A stretch of 45,998 nt of DNA, filler included, from Sphacelaria rigidula (Eukaryota), in assembly GCA_964200075.2 (NCBI GenBank). It is 2 parts of 2 records of this genome, joined end to end, with 100 filler letters (N's around TTAATTAATTAA, not from the genome) between each part and the next. Parts side by side here need not be neighbours in the genome. Positions count along the whole stretch, not along the records: positions 23,061 to 45,998 come from CAXNAA020000298.1; 1 more part is not named here. One strand, given 5' to 3'. Of this stretch, positions 37,370 through 45,998 are shown piece by piece. Positions within the stretch are counted from its first letter, which is position 1. Each line of letters opens with the position of its first letter. The notes beneath the pieces were generated by a model that ran no database searches, had not been told where the DNA came from, and worked only from the letters and a program-made list of their open reading frames with translations. Made by a program: the position numbers and the translations under genes.

Positions 37370-40300
37370 GATTAGCACGGGGCCTGGAGGAAGACCTAGA
37401 GGCACAGCGGCGCGAAGATTGTGGCCAGGGAGAAAGAGAGAACAAGCTGAGCGAACACCCCAACGGGATACAACAAACGAGATGAGGCAAAAACGTGCGC
37501 AGCGCTAGGCATGGATAGCTTCGGTTTCGGTGCTGACGGCGGAGTACTTTCTCACGCGTGCTACACTGCGGTCAAAGCCTGTGTAGTTGGGACACGTGAA
37601 AACAAAGGGTCCAACGAACGCAGCACAGCGCGCGTTTTTCATTACATCGGCGTGACACATGGCATGGCCTCGACCTCACCACACCCTGTTGTGCGGTTGT
37701 TTGCGGTACCGGTACAGGTGTATAACTTTCCGGATACACGAACAGACCAAAGGAAACAACAACCAGCACCAGTAGGGTTTGAATATCTACCTTCGGGCTA
37801 TGCGCGCAACTCACGTATTGAAAAATATTCCATCCTGATCCCGAGTTCCTGAGGTACAGCCATACCCGGGAAGGTAGCAGAAGTTGTGCCCTTGACACAA
37901 CTATTTTGAAAACATCGGCAACCGAGCACGCTCTGCCGTGAGAAGAGGAACCCGAACTGAACTTATCAGAATTCCCCATGCGGCACCAAAAAAGCAATCG
38001 ACACGGTAATATTGGCCAACACTCCGGCACTCGTATCACAGTACAGCCCGGCATGCCTACACCACGGTAATGCGCCACACCATGTTTCCCGCACGGAAGA
38101 CGGGAAAGCCTTTGTACCCACACACAAGGACTGCTGAGAGTTAACTTCTGTACACTCTGTGGGTATGGGAGGTTCGGGGATGACAACCAAGCCTCCACCA
38201 CATAAACGGCATATTATCCGAAAACCTTCGATATTATGCAGAGGTTAAACCGGGCATACCTCACATGTAGAGCACTAGCTGGTGTCGAACACTCGGATGC
38301 AGCGTAAGCAGTCCGATTAGCTAGCGTGAGCCGTTGCTTGTCGACAGCGCAGTTGCGAGAGTGTGACTACAGTTGGCATTCTGTCCTCATGCGGGGATAG
38401 GGACACATATATTAACATCGTACATCTGGGAGCTTCCTTGTATACTGGTGGTTCGTTACACTAGTTTGTAGTTTGTAATTTGACTGTGTTGGTTCCAACT
38501 CATGTAGTACACTGCCGTCGTACAGTACCATACAAGACGGTGATGTACAAGATGATTGAATGCACCAGTCAACGTACTCATCGCGCACCATTATCTAGTG
38601 CCAATAGGTGTGTGCATGAACCCATCTTGCTGAATATACGCTTCAAAAACATCCCATGTAGCACATCCCTGGAAATGCTCTCCTCATGGAAATTGTAGTT
38701 CTACTTGGAACTCATAGATCCGACTTCAGAGGGTTTCGGTTCTATCTCGATGGAACCAGGATCCTCTCTTCCGTCCATCACCAAGTGGGTACTCATGCGG
38801 AGGACTGAACCACTGTACTCTCAAGCGGATTGTCCATCGTAGACAAGGAGCCTTAACCCTACACCAACACCAATATGGAAGTGCATGGAGGCCCTAATAC
38901 CGGAAATGAGAAGGTAGACCGAGAAGGTGTGCGCCTGCCCCTGCCGCCACTCCAGGCATCGTCGTCACCGCCGCTCCAGGCAACCGACTCCGAGTACTTC
39001 GACCTGAACGTCCTAAAAGGGTGTGTGTATGTACTGGCTGAACTATTGTGCTTTTTTCTACTTCAACAGACAGTACAATAGCTAGGCTTATCAGTGGGAC
39101 ACCCCAGCCAAATTTCGATCTCAAATTTCCACGCAAGCGCTGCAGCAGCAGAGATTGAAGTGCGGCGGCCCCTGTTGTTGGCGGCAGCTATCCACCACCG
39201 ACAACACATTGGATTACAAAATGAGATGCCAGCTGTACAGCGTACTCTACTATGAGAGGCACAAGGAGTTGTTGTCGTTGCTGTGTTGTCGTCGTCTTGG
39301 AACCTGGTCTGTATCTGACGCTCACAGCTCAAACTGAGTATTTTGAGAACGCCTGTGCGCGCAGTTCAAGACAAACTTTGATTTGGTGCAGCGCCTGGAA
39401 GGGGCGAGGATGGGGAGGGTGGGGGCTCGACGATGTCGTATGGGACGGTAGGGTAGGGTAGGGTAGGGTAGGGTGCGGTATGATACGGGTTTGCTGACAT
39501 GCGCATGCTTCTTTTTGATCATGTTTAGATCTGTGCAATGCATTGCTCGACAAACACAACAGCAAGGCCAGCAACTGGCGGAAGTGGATGCAACTACAGC
39601 GGTCTTGTTGTGACTGTCGGTGTTGGCTTTTGCATTTCTGGCGCGTTGGCTTCTACTGACCGTACCGACCCCGTCAAGTTTCTTCCTTGAAATTATCCAC
39701 TAAATAGAAACACACCGCGTTAGACCTATCCGAGATGTCTTCCATGTTCCTACAGGTAGCATCTACATGAAGTAAATAGTGTCCTGGGTGACGTACGAGT
39801 GATGCCATGATAACCCTTCCGCCGGAAACCAGCCTCAAAACTGTTACAAAGGAAATGGTCATACAGCGCATGATGCTTGTGTAGCTGGTATCATGATGCG
39901 CCTCGAATGGGCTGCATTGGCGAAAACGATCCCGAGCGTGGGAGTTCCCAGCTGCATGGTGTGCTCGGCTTCTGTCATTTTGATCCGCATGAAGATCTTA
40001 CCTCCTCGAACCAGCCAATTTTCTGGAGGGGGGGGGGAACCTGTCGCGGTATCACTCGTACATGTATGACATACGGGAAACGACAACAGCGTCGTAGGTG
40101 CAACACAGTACAGCAGTACAACAGACAGTAGTGTACAAACGGTGCGATCAATACACGGGATATATCAGGATATATCCGGTCCTTTTTTACGCTGCTGTAC
40201 TGTTGATACTGCGAGTACCCGGAGGATGAAGGGTACGAACTATCATCCGTGCGAGTAACAGACCGCAGTACAATACACCAGTACAGCGCGGATAGTGCAG

Positions 40301-42878
40301 ATAACAGTAGTATTACCATAGCATCGATGATAATCATTGTTGATAATCATCACTGCATCATTGAGACAGGAAATCGAGTACAGTAGTACGTTCTTGTGGT
40401 CAATTCCTTGCTTGTCTGCGGCCGTAGGAGTACTCTTAATGCGTAAATTTATCTTAATCCTGCACGTGCTGTCGTCCTGCCCAATTCTTGCTAAACGCGC
40501 GTGTTGTATGTTGCATGCAGCGTGGTGGCAACCAACACAAAACCCTTCAAGGACCGATTTCTTGTGTGGATCGGGATCCGGAAGGTCCTGTTCTTTCCGT
40601 TCAATCGACAGTGGTGGCTGGCAAGGGTGAGCGAGGGCATCATCGACAACAGTACACACACACACACACACATACACACTACACGCCGCGCATTTCCAAT
40701 CCTCTTCGGAGTGCAGAACACATGTTTTGCTGTTCGGCACAAGCTGTATGTATACATGACCGAACGGTAAATCTCTACCCCAACCGTTCGCACGCGGTGG
40801 AATGTCGAGAGTTGTTCGTGATGCATGCAGTCCTTTCCGACCAAGCACGCTGAGTATTCAAAGTGGAACTTAGGATTGGCGATCGGGGACACAGGAGTAT
40901 ACGTACCCGTCGTGTCGCCTAGTGTTGACCCTCGACTGCTAAGGTGGGTGGGTGGTCGGTAGTCATCCGTTGAATTGGCATCATTTTAACTTGGAAAATG
41001 AACCCTAATACTCAGATGACCCGCCCTGGCTGTCAAATCGTCGACCCTTTCATATCCAGAGTCGGTCATCTATTGGGTCGCATGCGTGACCCGTTGAATG
41101 CGAGAATGGGCCATCCGAGCATTTCAGTAATCTCTCGCGAAGTTTTTTCTTGCCGATTCGGCCATATGAGCCACTCTAGCTGTCGAAGGGTTGGGTACAG
41201 CAACCACCTTCAGTCCCAATCCGTGAAGAATAGATGCCGCGACAGCCAGATATTTCACTTTCTCCCACGGCGCAAAATAAAATACCCGGGCATGGTCGGG
41301 AATTTCGAATAAACTGAACATTTACATGATTTTCGAGTAAAAAAAAAGAAGGCGCTTCTTCGTGAAACCTTCGATCGGCCGAGGTGGTCCTTTGGTGAAT
41401 GGGGATCGCACCGTCACTCGAGAGAGGACTGTAAATGATGCTGATTCACAACTGGACCACCTTCGGCGGTCGAAGGGTTGAAATTACATTGCCTGTGGAC
41501 AATAACATAGGACGCTATCATAGCAATGTACCGCATATTATTTGAAGATACACACGCATATAGTTCGAACAAGAGCTGCACGTACTGTTTTTCGAAAAAA
41601 AAGCTTGGAAGCAGCAGCTTGCTCTTCTTCCTGTGTGTATGTACTCGCAGATGAGAAAGTCTACCACCCACCAACACTGGCATCTCTTGCATTAACGATA
41701 ACAACCTCAGTGGCTGGACCAGCGCTGCAGATGTATGTCGGAGACCATATGTGCGGCAACCACGGGAGGTTGCCACACGTGACGCCGGGACGCATGTGCC
41801 TCCATAGTGGCCCCAAGCCAGCCCCCCCGGAGGGCTGAAGAAGTCGTCTCGATATTTTCCCCGCCTTTACCGCGAACTAGTAGGCACCCATTTCTTTCAT
41901 TAGACCTAAAACTTTGGTCGTATACCTATGGTTGACAACATGACTACTTGATTCTGAATGTGAGAAAGTTCTGAAACAAATCATGGTTGACGTAGCTCGT
42001 CCAGAACATGTTTTTGTCGAAATCGGGGCCTGCAGCGTCGATTTGAGGACTGTCAACGCACCCTTTGCCTAGGGGAATGTGTGTACCCCCCTTGCCCGAG
42101 GGTCTTGTACGCCTTGGCTTGGGGATATGGTTAGGGGTATTGTTGGTTTGTTCGAAAAAATCAACCACAGATATACGACAAAACTTTATGTCGCCTCATT
42201 TTTTTTCCCATCGGCGATTTCCACTACACCCGCACATGTTTTCGCCGCGGCAAAAAAAAACGTGCGCGGAAAAAAAAAACAGCGGTTGCTGCACGCCGCA
42301 CGCCGCAATTGCCGCATTACACACCGCGCGCTTTTCCTCATTTTTCAGTCTAGAATGTGTGGTAGCGCACGGGCGCAGCAGCACCCTCTATCTGAAGCGC
42401 TGGACTGGACGATAATATTCAAAGTTCGATCCAAACCGTAAGAGCGTGTCTCCGGATCTCCGTGACGCGCCTCCCCCCCCCCCCCCCCTGTGCGCACGTG
42501 TGTGTGTACGTACATGGCACGATGGTTATTATGCCGACCACGATGCGAGAAATTTATTCTTAGCGAACTAAACGGACATCCCTCCTTGCTTGTGAAAAAA
42601 ACAAGTTGGCAGATTGCCAGATTCACAGGTCTACCCCCCTCCGGTGCGTGGTCCCATGATTGCCGAAGTACGCCCCTACACGCTGGCTAGGTGTCGGATA
42701 GAAACGAGGGCTTGGATGAGTACGTATTACAGTGAGGAGTCGGATAAAACGTAGGCCTGTAAAGTGCAAGCTGTCAAAATTCCTAGAAGCTTCCTTATAT
42801 GGAATCGTGGGTCTGAGGGATGCTGCGATGGCTCTCTCCCCCCCAAAGAGTGAGTAAGGCTGTGTCTTCCCACATCGG

Positions 42879-43024
42879 TTTTCGATCGAGAAGGTGCGGC
42901 GTAACACAAATATGCCGATGTGATAGCTCATTATTTCAACCATCCTGAAAACAACTACGATAGTTGAAATCAGGACCTATCAGATCGGCATATTTGTTTT
43001 CCACCGCACACTTTCGACCGAAAA
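42879..43024. repeat. About 146-nt imperfect hairpin
   Basis: Arms 42879-42944 and 42959-43024 (ACAAATATGCCGAT.TGATAG...ATTTCAAC.ATC) with a 14-nt loop. Confidence 0.85.
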
Positions 43025-43034
43025 ATAATGCGCT

Positions 43035-43302
43035 AAGGCCGGACGTTATGGCAACAGATCTTCGGCCCCGGATCTTCAGAGTTTGAAATAATTCGTGTGA
43101 GGCCGGATCTTATGACACACAGAGTTTCGCCCCACGGATTGTTCACTTTTATGGCGTTTGAGCCACTTTTTGACCCCCAAACAGGGAAAACCGCCAACAC
43201 ACGTCTTGAACACTTTTTGGCGATTTTCCCTGTTCGGGGGTCAAATGTCCCGAGGTGAACAATCCGTGGGCCAAAAATTTGTTTGCCATAACATCCGGTC
43301 TA
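43035..43302. repeat. Fold-back repeat: direct copy plus inverted pair (about 43098-43147 / 43254-43302)
   Basis: CCGGAT.TTATG.CA...GCCCACGGATTGTTCAC and its reverse complement. Confidence 0.75.
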
Positions 43303-43564
43303 ACACAAAAAACGGTATTAACACGGTATGATAAAAAGAAAAAAAAAGGAAGCACACCTATACAGTACAATGGTACGGACACAAGCACATCATACACACA
43401 CCATCAACGCCTCTCACACACATGAAAAAAATCGATCGTGGCAGATGCGTAACGAGCACCGCAGACCACCCTTCGAGGCCCACACTGTGACACAGCATCT
43501 CTTATCTAATCTAATCACAAGGTACATGGCTCAGACCTTCCGAGATGGCCAGGGCAGGGGCGCC

Positions 43565-43636
43565 GGGGGGGGTACTCGTTCATTGCTTGCCAGTCATTTG
43601 ACTATTGAACATGCATCCCGTTTGAGACGGAGCACC
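43565..43636. repeat. Family Y unit (forward); an inverted unit lies at about 45252-45325
   Basis: GGGGTACTC...TTGCTTGCC...GAGACGGAGCACC; 45272-45325 reads GCGTGGTCAATGGTCGAACGAC...ATGAGTACGCCCC. Confidence 0.75.
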
Positions 43637-43984
43637 GTCCACACTCCTGCCCTGACAGGGGGATGGAGGGGGATGTAATAATGATCTTGCGTACCGTAGT
43701 CATGAGACCATTGACCTCGTATTCCTGAAACGCCGGGACGGAGAACGACGGGTTTCCGCCGGAATAGGCTCGCAAACAATCACCAAGCGCGAAGGGGGGA
43801 CCGGGGGGGTATACTACACACTATTTGGGGTGGAGAAACAAGAACAAAAACTAAACTAAACAACGAGCGGAATTACAAGAGGATTGATTGCCCTGCTTGC
43901 GTGCGACACGTATTCGGGTGCAGGACCGCCCTTCTCGTCCCCTCCCCCTTCCCCCCCCTCCCCTCCCTCAAGGTCGTTTGTTAC

Positions 43985-44125
43985 CTCGCCTCCCAGAACA
44001 GTGGTGTTGTCCGCAGATAGCAGGAGAATGCCTCTTCGTACCCAGGGTGCCACAACCAACAGTTTCAAGCCGGGCGGAGGGTCTGCGGAGAGTCCCTGGA
44101 TACGGCGGTACTCGAACGCCGCAAC
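43985..44125 (-). CDS. RMI1: Exon of an RMI1/TDRD3-family N-terminal OB-fold protein
   Basis: VAAFEYRRIQGLSADPPPGLKLLVVAPWVRRGILLLSADNTTVLGGE matches the family pattern EY..I..L....PPG.K.....V..G.LLL...N..VLGGEV. Acceptor gacAG, donor GAG|GTaac, 141 nt. Other exons were not identified and TDRD3 is not excluded. Confidence 0.75.
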
Positions 44126-44790
44126 CTGTCGGAAACGAATATATATATATATATATATATATAGCACGGAAAAACAAATCCGAAAACATGAAACAGAGAA
44201 AAACGTTTCCCCTACAGGGTAGGTATAGTACAAGGTAGTAGGGATAATGATTGACGGGGGTGGTGTGGTTACAATAGACCCTCTTGGAATGGATCATGGT
44301 GCGTGCTCGTATTGATTGATCGATTGGTTGGTTGATTGATTGTCGCACATTAACTGATCAGCCACGACAATATATTGCATCGTCAAAAAGTGTACTATAA
44401 AACGAGCAGTATCGACTATAATGGTGCCTCTATTAGAGATAGACAAATAGATTCTATGCTGTACATCTTTCGACAATTTAATCCACAGTGCAGTCATGAT
44501 CCAGGGTGTGCTCCAAATCCAGCCCGTTGCCGGTAGATACAAGATAGGCGTAGGCACCGAAGGTAATTTATCGAATGGAAACACTCGCCGGAGAAAATTT
44601 GGGAAAAAATAGATCGGGTGTCTGTATTGTGTATGCTATGGATGTGTATTTGTAGAGATGTGTTTCATGTTGATTCTTTTGATGGCTTCAAAATGCGTAC
44701 GAGCTTTCCTTTTCTTCTTCCTGCTGAAAGGAAGCAAGAAAACAAAAAATACAGCGAGGGGTGGCATATCTCCCCACTCGGGCACCACAG

Positions 44791-44822
<32 letters not shown>

Positions 44823-45539
44823 CACCCAAACAACACCGACCAACACCGACACCAAGAAAAAAGAGAAGAACACGCAGCCCCGAGNNNNNNNNNNTCCTGT
44901 TGAAAGGAAGAAAAAAAACAAAAAATACAGGGGGGGGGGGCATATCTCCCCCCCCGGGCACCACAGCCCCCCCCCCCCCCCCTTCGGCTTCACTTGAACA
45001 TATTATACATTCACCGGAATACAGGATAAAAATAGTATGGAGGTATCCGCACGCCGTTGCATCAGCTATAGGACTTGATTCAACGTACGTAGACAAACTG
45101 GTCGGGTGACCTGATCTTCTTCTGCAACCCCCCCCCGCCCGCCTGTACGGCGAAACAAGACGGGGACAAGATTGGTAATAAATTTTTGTGTAGTGTATGA
45201 AAGAAATGTAATGAGCACCGAAATGTTGGAGGTGTCTCCACGAGGAGTAGGAGCGGCCGCCTCGAAAGGGTTGCGTGGTCAATGGTCGAACGACCAAGGC
45301 AAACAACAAATGAGTACGCCCCCCTCCCAGTACGGTGCGGCGCGGTATCCGGGAAACCCCAGAACTCAGCCGCTCTTCCTCACTGCTATTTTTGTAACGA
45401 GCACACCAGTTCTGATCTTTCTGACCCGCGGTCAACTCGTTTCATTTTACTCGAAGACACTGTATGCATCGACTGCTCCGAGTCCAGCAACGCACTTTCG
45501 GCACGTGAGCCAACTTCTCTCTCAGAAATCTGAGTACGT

Positions 45540-45680
45540 CTGACAGCCTGATGACTTGGGTTTAGAGTACCCCCCCCTCCCCTCCCCTTCCTAATGTGAG
45601 CTGGCCACATCTGACAGCCTAACTACTTGGGCTTTTTAGAGTACCTTCCCCTCCCTCCCCTTCCTCGCCTAATGTGAGCC
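45540..45680. repeat. About 71-bp tandem duplication
   Basis: CTGACAGCCT...ACTTGGG..TTTAGAGTACC...CCTAATGTGAGC occurs twice. Confidence 0.85.
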
Positions 45681-45998
45681 TACAACAAAAAATATGTGGT
45701 GGCTGGACTGAAATAACCGCAATCCCTTGCTCGCAGTGCTGCTTGTTTACTGTTGGTGTTTGCGTGTGTTTCACAACTCGAGACCTCCGTTTTGATTATG
45801 ATCTTTATTTTTTTTTTCGGCGGGCAAAACAAGTACGAAACACGATACCATGGGCTTCAGCGATCGATCGCAAAGGCAAAACTGTCGGTAACTTTGTCAA
45901 TCCTTTCCTGCCCCCCCCTCCCCGGGTCATATTTCGCCCTTGCTGGTCTCAAGGCAAAATTCTGTTCTCGTATCGTACGAGCTGGGCCGCCTCGCCTG

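Noticed and set aside
38875-41840. Possible downstream exons of the RMI1-like gene (for example near 38900-39012 and 40001-40022)
   Set aside because: Splice-like sites exist, but no recognisable homology or unambiguous phase chain supports them.
28158-44125. Functional cluster of a nucleoporin and a genome-stability gene
   Set aside because: Adjacency of two genes in a eukaryotic genome is not evidence of a system without synteny or co-expression data.
44715-44985. Tandem duplication and Pro/Gly-rich ORFs around the N gap
   Set aside because: The second copy is a homopolymer-degraded version of the first across a 10-N gap next to poly-C; probably a sequencing or assembly artefact.

Overview
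Eukaryotic, intron-rich, repeat-rich genomic DNA of moderate GC. GT-AG introns of about 0.4-2 kb, GC-rich exons and many short non-autonomous repeats resemble a brown alga or other stramenopile, but that assignment is inference only. Most ORF-track entries are spurious. Two spliced minus-strand genes were rebuilt by hand with every splice phase consistent: a class-3 (Lipase_3) lipase (4 exons, about 349 aa, with GHSRG formed across a splice junction) and a Nup153/Nup1-like nuclear-basket FG nucleoporin (6 exons, about 1723 aa, with one RanBP2-like C4 zinc finger, FxFG repeats and a basic C-terminal tail). A single exon encodes part of an RMI1/TDRD3-type OB fold. Intergenic and intronic DNA holds a tRNA-derived SINE, hAT-like MITEs with 8-bp TSDs, a 98-bp TTAA/piggyBac-like MITE, fold-back hairpins, a 43-bp minisatellite and a four-level nested insertion. 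An artificial N/TTAATTAATTAA/N linker at 22961-23060 means the two halves may not be contiguous. No rRNA, true tRNA, CRISPR array or intact transposase was found, and I cannot claim a new multi-gene system.
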